Below, one piece after another: positions 52,592 to 61,828 of a stretch of 64,000 nucleotides of DNA. The number at the start of each line of letters is the position of its first letter. The first letter of the stretch is position 1. The notes below the pieces were generated by a model. It was not told the DNA's origin and made no database searches. It saw nothing but the letters and a program-made list of their open reading frames with translations. Position numbers and translations under genes: made by a program. Source of the DNA: an uncultured Clostridia bacterium (GTDB lineage: Bacteria > Bacillota > Clostridia > Christensenellales > UBA1242); NCBI GenBank assembly GCA_947382485.1, contig CANCYS010000004.1, positions 6,385 to 70,384 of the forward strand, read 5' to 3'.

Positions 52592-53332
52592 ATGGAAAGA
52601 ATAAAACTTGTTGTTCAATATAATGGAAAAGATTTCAGTGGTTGGCAACTTCAACCAGAAAAGCGAACAGTTCAAGGGGTTTTAGAAGAAAAACTCAAGT
52701 TTTTAGTTGGCGAAGAAATAAGATTGTATGCCAGCGGAAGAACAGATGCAGGTGTTTCTGCAATGGCTCAGGTTGCACATTTTGACACAGAAAAAAAAGT
52801 TAATCCAAATTCACTAAAAAATAGTTTAAATGGACTTTTGCCAAGTGATGTTGCTGTGCTTTTGGCTGAAAAAGTTGATGAAAGTTTTGATGCAAGATTT
52901 TCGGTTAAAAAGAAAACATATCAGTATAGGTTTTATGTTTCAAGACACACTTTGCCACTTTTTGTTGAAAATGCAACAAGAATCAATGACTATGCTGATG
53001 TTTCACTCATGAATGATGCTTGTAAGTATTTTATTGGAAAACATGATTTTAGTTCATTTGTTGCAAGCAAAAGTGGAAAGACAGATTTTGTAAGGACAAT
53101 TTTTGATGCAAAAATTATTACTCTTGAAAATGGATTATATGCTTTTGAGATAACAGGTGACGGCTTTTTATATAACATGGTTAGGATAATTTTTGGAACA
53201 CTTGTTCAAGTTGGATACAAAAAAATAAAACCAGAACAAGTCAAAGATATAATAGAAACAAAATGTAGGCAAAAGGCAGGAAAAACAATGCCTGCAAATG
53301 CACTAATTTTAAAATGCGTTGAATATGTTTAA
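52592..53332 (+). CDS. truA: tRNA pseudouridine(38-40) synthase
   Basis: Start moved to ATG 52592 (MERIKLVVQYNGKDFSGWQLQ). Catalytic GRTDAGVSA. 246 aa. Confidence 0.9.
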   Translation: MERIKLVVQYNGKDFSGWQLQPEKRTVQGVLEEKLKFLVGEEIRLYASGRTDAGVSAMAQVAHFDTEKKVNPNSLKNSLNGLLPSDVAVLLAEKVDESFDARFSVKKKTYQYRFYVSRHTLPLFVENATRINDYADVSLMNDACKYFIGKHDFSSFVASKSGKTDFVRTIFDAKIITLENGLYAFEITGDGFLYNMVRIIFGTLVQVGYKKIKPEQVKDIIETKCRQKAGKTMPANALILKCVEYV

Positions 53333-53461
53333 AATAACATTAAGTTTACTAAAAAATAGTAAACTTTTTATTTTGCAACCAATAGTTGCGTAAATTCCAA
53401 CTAGAATAGGTTGTTTTTGCGAAGAATGAAATTATATAATAATAGCATAAAGGAGATGTTT

Positions 53462-54109
53462 ATGGATATTAAAGTGGCAAACCGTTTGCAAGAGTTAAGA
53501 AAGAAAAACGGATATTCACAAGAAGACCTTGCAGATGAGCTTGGTGTTTCAAGACAAGCCGTTTCAAAATGGGAAAGAGGAGATGCCTCGCCAGACACAG
53601 ACAATTTAATTGCTCTTTCAAAAATTTATAATGTAACTTTGGATGAACTAATTAATGGTGAAGATGAATATAAAGTAAATGAAAATGATTATGTAAATTT
53701 TAAAAAAGAAGAAAATTCAAAAAATTTAAAGTCAGAAGATGATGACGACGATGACGATGATGATAAAAATTTGACACCAGTTCAAAAATTAACAATAACA
53801 ATCGCTAGTTGCGTTTCAGTAATCATTGCTTTGACTGCATATTTAATTCTTGGATTGTGTTTCAATTTGTGGCATCCATCATGGATAGTGTTTATGCTCA
53901 TACCTTTTGTAAGTTCTCTTGCTGATGCAATTGTAAAGAAAAATCCATCACATTTTGCATATCCAGTTTTGGTTGTAGTAATATATTTAATTGTTGGATT
54001 TCTCACAAATTTATGGCATCCATGCTGGGCAATTTTCTTAACAATACCAATTTATTACATAATAATTGATGTTTCAAAAGATGTAAAAAAAATAAAAACT
54101 AAAAAATAA
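53462..54109 (+). CDS. membrane-bound XRE-family HTH regulator (HTH + poly-Asp linker + 4-TM domain with a repeated NLWHPxW motif)
   Basis: Start moved to ATG 53462 after the AAGGAG RBS. HTH YSQEDLADELGVSRQAVSKWERG, D10 linker, then two repeats of two TM segments each. Confidence 0.75.
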   Translation: MDIKVANRLQELRKKNGYSQEDLADELGVSRQAVSKWERGDASPDTDNLIALSKIYNVTLDELINGEDEYKVNENDYVNFKKEENSKNLKSEDDDDDDDDDKNLTPVQKLTITIASCVSVIIALTAYLILGLCFNLWHPSWIVFMLIPFVSSLADAIVKKNPSHFAYPVLVVVIYLIVGFLTNLWHPCWAIFLTIPIYYIIIDVSKDVKKIKTKK

Positions 54110-54186
54110 ACCACGCAAGTGGTTTTTTTGTTGATAATATTATTAAAAATAGAAATAAAAATGTTTAAATAAATTAATATAAATTA

Positions 54187-54215
54187 TTGACAGTTACGAA
54201 AAAATGATATAAAAT
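54187..54215 (+). promoter_or_regulatory. sigma-70 type promoter for rplM-rpsI
   Basis: TTGACA (54187-54192), 17-nt spacer, TAAAAT (54210-54215). Confidence 0.7.
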
Positions 54216-54296
54216 AGACGAGCATAGGCTTGCAGACTTTTTTGTCGGCAAACGATTTTCGCAAAATATATTAAAAGGTAAAAAAAAGGTAAAAAA

Positions 54297-54737
54297 ATGA
54301 AAACATTTACACAAAAAGCAGAAACAAAATCAAACAAATGGTATATTGTTGATGCAACAAATATGCCTCTTGGTAGATTGGCTAGCCAAGTTGCCTCAGT
54401 GCTTAGAGGTAAAAACAAGCCAGAATTCACACCAAATGAACTTTGTGGTGACCATGTAATCATCATCAACACAGACAAAGTAGTGCTCACAGGAAACAAA
54501 CTTGAAGACAAATACTATCGTTATCACACAGGCTATATTGGTGGACTTAAAGAAATTCAATACAAAACACTTATGGCTGAACATTCTGATAAAGCAGTTT
54601 ATCAAGCTGTAAAGAAAATGCTTCCAAAGAATTCTCTTGGAAGACAAATGCTCACAAATTTGAGAGTATATAAAGATGACAAGCATGAGCAAACAGCTCA
54701 AAAACCAGAAGTTTTAAATCTTGAAGGTAGAAGGTAA
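54297..54737 (+). CDS. rplM: 50S ribosomal protein L13 (uL13)
   Basis: 146 aa, KWYIVDATNMPLGRLASQVASVLRGKNKPEFTP. Confidence 0.95.
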   Translation: MKTFTQKAETKSNKWYIVDATNMPLGRLASQVASVLRGKNKPEFTPNELCGDHVIIINTDKVVLTGNKLEDKYYRYHTGYIGGLKEIQYKTLMAEHSDKAVYQAVKKMLPKNSLGRQMLTNLRVYKDDKHEQTAQKPEVLNLEGRR

Positions 54738-54742
54738 TAGAT

Positions 54743-55150
54743 ATGGCAAAGAAAGTAGTTAAATCAGAAAAAATTTGGGCAACTGGTCGTAGAAAAAAGG
54801 CCATTGCAAGAGCAAGAATTGGTGCTGGCTCTGGAAAAATTTTAATCAACAAACTTCCACTTGAAGAATACTTCAAATCAGAACTTCTTCAAAATGAAGT
54901 TAAAACTGCACTCACACTTGTTGAAGCAGAAAACAAATATGATGTTGAAATCACAGTTAATGGTGGTGGACTCACAGGACAAGCAGGTGCTTGCCGTCAC
55001 GCCATTGCAAGAGCACTTGTTCTTTCAAATGAAACATTCAAAGCAACAATTAAATCAAACGGACTTCTCACTCGTGACCCAAGAATGAAAGAAAGAAAGA
55101 AATACGGTCTTAAAAAGGCTCGTAAGGCTCCACAATTTAGTAAGAGATAA
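54743..55150 (+). CDS. rpsI: 30S ribosomal protein S9 (uS9)
   Basis: 135 aa, GRRKKAIARARI...RDPRMKERKKYGLKKARKAPQFSKR. Confidence 0.95.
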   Translation: MAKKVVKSEKIWATGRRKKAIARARIGAGSGKILINKLPLEEYFKSELLQNEVKTALTLVEAENKYDVEITVNGGGLTGQAGACRHAIARALVLSNETFKATIKSNGLLTRDPRMKERKKYGLKKARKAPQFSKR

Positions 55151-55157
55151 TTTTATA

Positions 55158-55185
55158 AAGCAGAGCAATATCGCTCTGCTTTTTT
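55158..55185 (+). terminator. rho-independent terminator after rpsI
   Basis: AAGCAGAGC-N6-GCTCTGCTT plus a T-run. Confidence 0.85.
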
Positions 55186-55310
55186 CATCAGCAAAATCAT
55201 GAAACACAATATATAATTTTATTGCCAAATCACTCTATGTTTTGATAAAATTAAAATGCAGATAAATGCGATAAAATTAAAACAAATAAAACAAACTAAG
55301 GAGAAGAGAA

Positions 55311-55991
55311 ATGAAATTTTTTAATAATGGTTGGGACGAAGTTTTATCTGACGAATTTGAAAAAGAATATTTTAAAAATTTGCTCGAAAAAGTTGATGAA
55401 GAATATTCAAAGTATAATATCTTTCCACCAAGAAATAAAATTTTCTCTGCTCTAACAAATTGTGATATAAAAGATGTTAAGGTTGTAATTTTAGGGCAAG
55501 ACCCATATCACGAGAAAGGTCAAGCACATGGAATGTGTTTTTCTGTTTTGCCAGACATTGAAATTCCACCTTCACTCAAAAACATTTACAAGGAAATTGA
55601 AACAGAACTTGGAATCAAGCCACCAAATCATGGTTGCTTAATATCTTGGGCAAAACAAGGAATTTTACTTTTAAACACAACTCTCACAGTTCGTGAACAT
55701 CAGGCAAACTCACATTCAACCTATGGTTGGCAAAAATTTACTGATAGAGTAATTGAAGAAGTCAATAAACAAGAAAAACCAGTAGTTTTCATTTTATGGG
55801 GAAGAAATGCAATAAATAAAAAACCACTTATTGATGAAAATAAACATTTGGTTTTAACATCTGCTCATCCAAGTCCACTTTCAGCATACAATGGTTTTTT
55901 TGGAAACAATCATTTCAAAAAAACCAATGAGTTTTTAAAAATAACAGGCCGTGGTGAAATCAATTGGAAAATTGAAGATATCAAAAGATAA
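55311..55991 (+). CDS. ung: uracil-DNA glycosylase (family 1)
   Basis: 226 aa, GQDPYH, LLLNTTLTV, HPSPLSA motifs. Confidence 0.93.
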   Translation: MKFFNNGWDEVLSDEFEKEYFKNLLEKVDEEYSKYNIFPPRNKIFSALTNCDIKDVKVVILGQDPYHEKGQAHGMCFSVLPDIEIPPSLKNIYKEIETELGIKPPNHGCLISWAKQGILLLNTTLTVREHQANSHSTYGWQKFTDRVIEEVNKQEKPVVFILWGRNAINKKPLIDENKHLVLTSAHPSPLSAYNGFFGNNHFKKTNEFLKITGRGEINWKIEDIKR

Positions 55992-56000
55992 GGGAGGCAT

Positions 56001-57467
56001 ATGAAAAAATTTTTGAGTTTAGTTTTTTGTGTAATTTCAAGCATAATGTTTTTTATGCTTGCTTTTAATGTGAACTTAACTCAAACAAATGCTGAAAATT
56101 TGACATCATCAATATTTACAGAAAACGATATAAAAAACAAAGAAGATATTATTAGTGTAGATAAAAATATTTTTGGTGGTGCAGTTGCAACTGTTGGAAA
56201 TTCACCTTTTGATGAAGAAACCGATACATTGATGGATGGATACACAATAACTCCAAATTCAGACGCATACAATCAAGTTGATTGGTCAGTGGGTGTTTCA
56301 GGATTCACATTATCATTTAGTCAATCAGTTTATATGTGGGTATATTTGCCTTGTGACCCAGATTATAATTTATACACTCTCAAATTAACTATAACTGACA
56401 TTTCAAAAAATTTAAAACTCACTTGGGAATATGAACATAGTCAACTTGTTGATATGATATCTAAAATAGCGATTGGTGATAAAAATTATGGTTGGGTGTT
56501 GTTTGAATTAAACCCTGCAACAACTGGTGTTAGTTCAGAAGAACTTGTTGATGCAAATTTCACAAGACTTGGAATCAGTTATAATAGTGAAATCCCAGAA
56601 CTTGCTATCAAAGTAAACAACAACGCTTTGTCATTTTATCATGTGTATAAAGGTGATAGTGTAAAAAATTCATCTGGAATTATAATAAAACAAAAATATG
56701 CAATATATAAGTTTGCAGAAAGTTATCTTGGAAATAAAATTGCACATATTGGTGACACTTACAAATTTGATTTTAAGAACATTTTTGAATATATCTATAT
56801 AGGAAAGTATGACATGTATAAATATTCCATTGAAGGCTACACATGGAACATTTCACTTAAAGATAGTTATTCAAAGGTCATAGATTTAAACGCAAATCAA
56901 GAATATGTTTTTGAGCGAGTTGGCTGGTATTCAGTTAATATTACACTAAAAGAACGAAACCATATAATTTCGAATGATGAAAATCAAGGTTTAAATATTG
57001 ATAAATTTATTTTCAGTGTTTCTTCAAGTATAAAGTGTGAAGAATATTCTCTTGGTACTTTTGGAAATCCAAAATATACAATTCCAACAAATAATGAATA
57101 TATTGTAACTTTCAAATTTTATGATGGCTTTAAAATATATGGTGATTTTGAAATTTCAACTAGTGATGAAAAAGTTGCTGTAATAGATTCCTATTCATTT
57201 GATGAAGACACAAAAACCATTTATATAAAGGTAAATACTAAAAAAAGTGGAAATATACAACTTAATATTGAAGCCAATGGTTTCATGGACGATAAAAACG
57301 AATTAAGCGAATATTCAAGGTCTTGCAATTTGGTTGTTAAAGGCGAAAATGCGAGTACAAAATTATCAACCATATTTTTATGGGTAATTTTGGGCATATA
57401 TGGCGTTGCTTTGGTGGTTTTTGTCGTAATTTCTGTTGTAAAATCTAGACAAAATAGTGTAAAATAA
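56001..57467 (+). CDS. surface protein with an N-terminal signal peptide and a C-terminal TM anchor; no family recognised
   Basis: 488 aa. Signal-like MKKFLSLVFCVISSIMFFMLAFNV...TNA; C-terminal IFLWVILGIYGVALVVFVVISVV followed by KSRQ. Confidence 0.6.
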   Translation: MKKFLSLVFCVISSIMFFMLAFNVNLTQTNAENLTSSIFTENDIKNKEDIISVDKNIFGGAVATVGNSPFDEETDTLMDGYTITPNSDAYNQVDWSVGVSGFTLSFSQSVYMWVYLPCDPDYNLYTLKLTITDISKNLKLTWEYEHSQLVDMISKIAIGDKNYGWVLFELNPATTGVSSEELVDANFTRLGISYNSEIPELAIKVNNNALSFYHVYKGDSVKNSSGIIIKQKYAIYKFAESYLGNKIAHIGDTYKFDFKNIFEYIYIGKYDMYKYSIEGYTWNISLKDSYSKVIDLNANQEYVFERVGWYSVNITLKERNHIISNDENQGLNIDKFIFSVSSSIKCEEYSLGTFGNPKYTIPTNNEYIVTFKFYDGFKIYGDFEISTSDEKVAVIDSYSFDEDTKTIYIKVNTKKSGNIQLNIEANGFMDDKNELSEYSRSCNLVVKGENASTKLSTIFLWVILGIYGVALVVFVVISVVKSRQNSVK

Positions 57468-57499
57468 AAATGCAGAACGTTTAAAAAGGAGGCGAAATA

Positions 57500-58795
57500 A
57501 TGGGTTACATGCAAGATTTTAATGATAGCACAACTAACAAAAAAATCCCGTATGATGATATTCCTATTTCAAGGGAAACTCCACTTGCAAAGCGAAGAAG
57601 CAGTTCAAACTATCAAAAATCAACTTCTCCATTAAAATCAAAATTCATAATTGGTTTAGTTGTAATAATGTTTGTTATGAACATTGTGATGTGTTTTGTA
57701 ACTTTCTATTATGCAAAACATTCTGTTACAAAACAGGTAAATTATTATACTTATGGAACACCGCAAGTGAATAATATTAATGCCACTTCAATAAATCAAG
57801 CAATGTGGTCTTGTGTAAATGTCAAGGCAGGCAGTTCTGCAAACAGCACAAAAACAAGCAATGGCGGTGGAGTAATATATAAAATTGATGAAACAAACAA
57901 AGTTGCATATTTCATAACTTGCTACCATGTTATTGATGGTTACAGCTCAGTAAGTGTGCTTCTTCCAAGCCAAATCAATTATATGGAAGTTCAAGTAGTG
58001 GGCTTTTCAAGAACCTATGACCTTGCAATTTTAAAGACAAAATCTGTTACTGATTTTGAAAAATTAGATGGTTCGCTTTCAGTTGAAGTTTACAACAGCA
58101 CATATTTGTCTTATGGTGAGAGTGTTTTTGCAATCGGAAACCCTCTTTCAGCAGGAACAAGTATAACAGCTGGTGTGGTTTCAAGAATAGACATGATAAT
58201 CAACACAAGTTTAACAAATTCAATCAGAGTAATTCAAATTGATGCAACAATTAATGGTGGAAACTCAGGTGGTGGACTTTTCAATGAAAATGGAGAGTTT
58301 ATCGGAATTGTTGATGCAAAAAGATATGTTTCTGGTGATGGTTCAAGTTTAAATGATGTTGTTGAAGGCACTGCATTTGCAATTCCAAGCACTGTTGTTA
58401 CAAGTGTGGCTGACAGCATAATATATAATAGAGGACTTGCAAAAAGAATCAGTTTAGACACAACCTTTGACCACAGCATCATGGGTGGTGTTGAAAATGG
58501 TTTGGTCGTTGACCAAAATGGCAAAAATAAATATGTAAAAAAATATGTTGTTCAAGTTTATGGAACTCCAAGTGGAATTGCAAGCGGAGTTTTGAAGTTG
58601 AATGACAAAATCAAGCAAATGACATACACTGATTTGAGTGGAAAATCTCACACTGTTGAGGTTCTCAATAAATATTTCTTTGAAGATGTATGTTTCTCAA
58701 TTAAACCAGAATCAAAAATTATGTTAAAGGTTGAAAGAGGTGGCAAAATTATTGATTTAGAAATCACTGCAAGGAGTTACACTCAAATTCCTTAA
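57500..58795 (+). CDS. membrane-anchored trypsin-like serine protease (S1C/HtrA-like)
   Basis: 431 aa, N-terminal TM. Triad context TCYHVI, YDLAILK, GNSGGGLF. Confidence 0.75.
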   Translation: MGYMQDFNDSTTNKKIPYDDIPISRETPLAKRRSSSNYQKSTSPLKSKFIIGLVVIMFVMNIVMCFVTFYYAKHSVTKQVNYYTYGTPQVNNINATSINQAMWSCVNVKAGSSANSTKTSNGGGVIYKIDETNKVAYFITCYHVIDGYSSVSVLLPSQINYMEVQVVGFSRTYDLAILKTKSVTDFEKLDGSLSVEVYNSTYLSYGESVFAIGNPLSAGTSITAGVVSRIDMIINTSLTNSIRVIQIDATINGGNSGGGLFNENGEFIGIVDAKRYVSGDGSSLNDVVEGTAFAIPSTVVTSVADSIIYNRGLAKRISLDTTFDHSIMGGVENGLVVDQNGKNKYVKKYVVQVYGTPSGIASGVLKLNDKIKQMTYTDLSGKSHTVEVLNKYFFEDVCFSIKPESKIMLKVERGGKIIDLEITARSYTQIP

Positions 58796-58865
58796 AGTGC
58801 ATGAATTATTGTTGCAAAATAAAAAACAATGTGTTATCATTTTACTATATGGGGAGGTTATGAGA

Positions 58866-59093
58866 ATGACTATTGATAAAGTTAAAAAAATTATTTCAAA
58901 CCAACTTTCTATTGATTCAGAAAAAATTACAGAGAAAACAAACATCGCAGAAGATCTCGGTGCAGATTCTCTTGACTTGGTTGAGATTTTGATGGCTCTT
59001 GAAGATGAATTTGGAATTTCAATTCCAGATGAAGCAATCCCAACAATCAAAACAGTTAAAGATGTAGTTGAATTCATTGATAATAATAAATAA
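58866..59093 (+). CDS. acpP: acyl carrier protein
   Basis: Start moved to ATG 58866 (MTIDKVKKII), 8 nt after the GGGGAGG RBS. Phosphopantetheine site LGADSLDLVE. 75 aa. Confidence 0.9.
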   Translation: MTIDKVKKIISNQLSIDSEKITEKTNIAEDLGADSLDLVEILMALEDEFGISIPDEAIPTIKTVKDVVEFIDNNK

Positions 59094-59312
59094 GATATAA
59101 TATGATTAAAAAGCAAAACCACCACTTTGGTGGTTTTTTATTTATTTTTTTAGCAAGTTTAAAATATAGTGAATATTTTATATAAAATTAAATACAATAA
59201 TTTATAGCAAAAAACAAAATATATAAAAATAAAAAATTTTGTAAAACCAGTTTACAAAATAAAAATTTTAGTATAATATATGGTTGCAATAGAGAACTAG
59301 GAGAATATAATT

Positions 59313-59903
59313 ATGGGAAAAAAGTTTGTTAAGTGTCCACGCTGCGAACTAAATTATATTTTAGAAGGCGAAGATTATTGTCAGGTTTGCAAGTCGGAAA
59401 TGAAACATCATTCTGAAAGTGAAGAAGAATATTTTGATTTAGATGACATGGACATCTGTCCTGTTTGTGGTCAAAATCTTGTAAAAGAAGGCCAAGCAAT
59501 GTGCGATGAATGTAAGTCTAAAAAGAATTCTGATGGAAAATCAGGTGCAGACAAAGAAGATGTTGTAAGCAATGATTGGTCAGAAAAAGAAGATGACGAT
59601 GATAGTTTGGTTTCAACTGATGCAGACGTTGATGAAAGTGAAGATGATTATGGCACTGGTTTCAGTGAAATTGATGAAACCGATGTTGACCCATATAAAA
59701 CTGATGATGATTCAATTCTTTCAGATGATGATCCAATAGACTTTGCAAGCGATGATGAAGAAGAAACTTTTGATGAAGAAGTTGAACCTATCGAAGATGA
59801 TTTTGAAAACATTGGCAATATTGATGATATTGATGATGAAGAAGACGAGGACGATGACAATTATGACCTCGGCGACGATGATTTTTTAAGTAAAAAGAAA
59901 TAA
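59313..59903 (+). CDS. double zinc-ribbon protein with a long D/E-rich C-terminal tail
   Basis: 196 aa. CPRC...CQVC and CPVC...CDEC, then roughly 120 aa dominated by D/E/S. AGGAG RBS. Confidence 0.6.
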   Translation: MGKKFVKCPRCELNYILEGEDYCQVCKSEMKHHSESEEEYFDLDDMDICPVCGQNLVKEGQAMCDECKSKKNSDGKSGADKEDVVSNDWSEKEDDDDSLVSTDADVDESEDDYGTGFSEIDETDVDPYKTDDDSILSDDDPIDFASDDEEETFDEEVEPIEDDFENIGNIDDIDDEEDEDDDNYDLGDDDFLSKKK

Positions 59904-59946
59904 ATAAAAACAACCACATCATGTGGTTGTTTTTTTACTGCACGAA

Positions 59947-60189
59947 TTAGTTAATATTAAGCTCATTAATGACAACATCACCGCATAAAACTTCTGTATA
60001 TGAATATGATAGAGGATTTTTTCCTTCGCCAATATTAACGGTGAAAATACTTGGATAAACATTTTCAATAATTCCTTGATACTTTTCAATCTTTCTTCTT
60101 CCTTTGTTAATTTCCATTGAAATGTTAGAACCTTTAAGTCTTTCGATTTCTTCAATAACAGTTTTAACATTGTAGTTAACTTTTCTCAT
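59947..60189 (-). CDS. veg: Veg family protein
   Basis: 80 aa. GRRKIEKYQGIIENVYPSIFTV...SYSYTEVL matches the Veg pattern (GGRRK...YPS.F...SYSY..IL). Confidence 0.75.
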   Translation of the reverse strand: MRKVNYNVKTVIEEIERLKGSNISMEINKGRRKIEKYQGIIENVYPSIFTVNIGEGKNPLSYSYTEVLCGDVVINELNIN

Positions 60190-60292
60190 AACATGCCTCC
60201 AAGTTGATTTTTTCCAACATTAAAAAAAATATTCAAAAAATAGTAATATTTTCAGAATATGCCTAATAGACTATTTTTAGTGGGGGATATTT

Positions 60293-61765
60293 ATGGAAAA
60301 TTTAGTTGTAAGCACAAAGAAAAAATTTACATTAGATAAATTCTTATCTCAGGTAAAAGTTACACTTGGAAGTCCAGTTAAAAAAGTATTAAGTGTTTCA
60401 TCAAAAACAGTTGTTACTTCAAGTGAATGTATGAATGGTTTTTGTATGATTAGCGGAAAAATTAATGTTGGTGTAATTTATTTATCTGCTGAAAATGTAG
60501 TTGAACATGCAGAAAATGTTTTTGATTTTATTGAAAAACAAACAGCATCATTTGATTTAAGCGACACATATGCAGTTGACACAAACTATGTTGAAAGTAT
60601 GAATTTTTCTTCAACAGAAGTCATTTGTATGATCGCTCATCATGTTGATGTTACTGGAATTTACAAATATGAACTTTCAGATGTTTCAGGCGAAAACAAT
60701 GACCTTGTTCTTGTAAAAAAAGATTTTACAGCACTCAGGCTTGTTAGCACTTGCACAGACAATTTTGTTATTGCAGAAGAATGTGAAACAAATGTTAAAA
60801 ACATGAACATTTTGCAAACAAATGGAAGCATTATTCCAAGTGAAGTTACTTGTCTTGTTGATAAAGTTGTTATTGACGGAAAACTCAATGCAGAAATCAT
60901 TTATAGAGATGAAGAAGGCGTAAGTTCAATTAATAAAGAATTTGAATTTAAACAAGAAATTTCAGCAGACGGTGTTGTTCCTAATATGCTTATTAGTAGT
61001 TTCACTCAGGTTAGAAATGTAACCGTAACTCCTGAGGAAAATGAAGATAAAACAAATTTAGTTTTTGCTTTTGATGTTTTTGCAAAGGGTTATATTTTTG
61101 AAGAAAACACTTATGAATCAGTCACAGATATGTTTTCACTTAAAAATGAAATTCAAACAACTTATGACTATATTGAAGCAAAAAACTATGACAGCACATC
61201 AAGAGCAAGTGAAAATGTTCTTTCTTCAACAAATGTTTCAGAACTTGAAAATTTTGATGATATCATTGGTGTTGTTGAACCAAAATTTGAAGTTACAAGT
61301 TTAAATCAAGAAAGCGACAAAGTTTATGTAACAGGAAATGTTTTGGCAACTGCACTTTATAAATCTGGTGAAGAAACTCGTGAACTTCCAGTTTGCACCG
61401 AAGTTAGATTTGAAGTTGAGAAAGACAGAGCACAATTTGCAGAAAATGTTAATGGTTTTGCAAGCGTTGTTTCATATAAAGTTAAAGCAGGCAAAGAATT
61501 AGAAGCAACATTCAAACTTGAATATAGTGTTGATTTTTACACTCTTTTAAGTGAACAATATATTAAATCATTTGAAGTTAAAGGTGAAAAACCAGAACAA
61601 GTAAGTGGAATTAGAGTTTATGTGACTAGAAAAGGCGAAACATTGTTTGATGTTGCAAAAGTTTTGAATGTTCGTCCAGAAACCATCACTTCTCAAAATG
61701 ATGTTCAAGATATATTTGAACAAGGTGAAAAAATATATATTTATTCACCAATAAATTTGTTATAA
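60293..61765 (+). CDS. DUF3794 (SPOCS)-domain protein with a C-terminal LysM domain, SpoVID/SipL-like
   Basis: 490 aa. Beta-rich repeats typical of DUF3794. C-terminal LysM (IRVYVTRKGETLFDVAKVLNVRPETITSQN...GEKIYIY). Confidence 0.55.
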   Translation: MENLVVSTKKKFTLDKFLSQVKVTLGSPVKKVLSVSSKTVVTSSECMNGFCMISGKINVGVIYLSAENVVEHAENVFDFIEKQTASFDLSDTYAVDTNYVESMNFSSTEVICMIAHHVDVTGIYKYELSDVSGENNDLVLVKKDFTALRLVSTCTDNFVIAEECETNVKNMNILQTNGSIIPSEVTCLVDKVVIDGKLNAEIIYRDEEGVSSINKEFEFKQEISADGVVPNMLISSFTQVRNVTVTPEENEDKTNLVFAFDVFAKGYIFEENTYESVTDMFSLKNEIQTTYDYIEAKNYDSTSRASENVLSSTNVSELENFDDIIGVVEPKFEVTSLNQESDKVYVTGNVLATALYKSGEETRELPVCTEVRFEVEKDRAQFAENVNGFASVVSYKVKAGKELEATFKLEYSVDFYTLLSEQYIKSFEVKGEKPEQVSGIRVYVTRKGETLFDVAKVLNVRPETITSQNDVQDIFEQGEKIYIYSPINLL

Positions 61766-61828
61766 TAATGGACAAAAGTTTTCAAATGTGTTAAAATCTC
61801 AATACAAAATATTGTATGGAGGTTAAAA

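Noticed and set aside
53738-53765. Short-period DNA repeats (GAT/GAC runs here; GTTGAAGAA repeats at 41991-42160; GAT/GAA-rich 59560-59880) as possible CRISPR or satellite repeats
   Set aside because: All are in-frame coding low-complexity tracts (poly-Asp, E/V or D/E tails). They lack the repeat-spacer periodicity of CRISPR arrays.
54216-54296. L13 leader upstream of rplM
   Set aside because: An 80-nt 5' UTR exists after a good promoter. I could not recognise the conserved L13-leader hairpin from sequence alone, so it is left uncalled. A covariance-model scan would decide.
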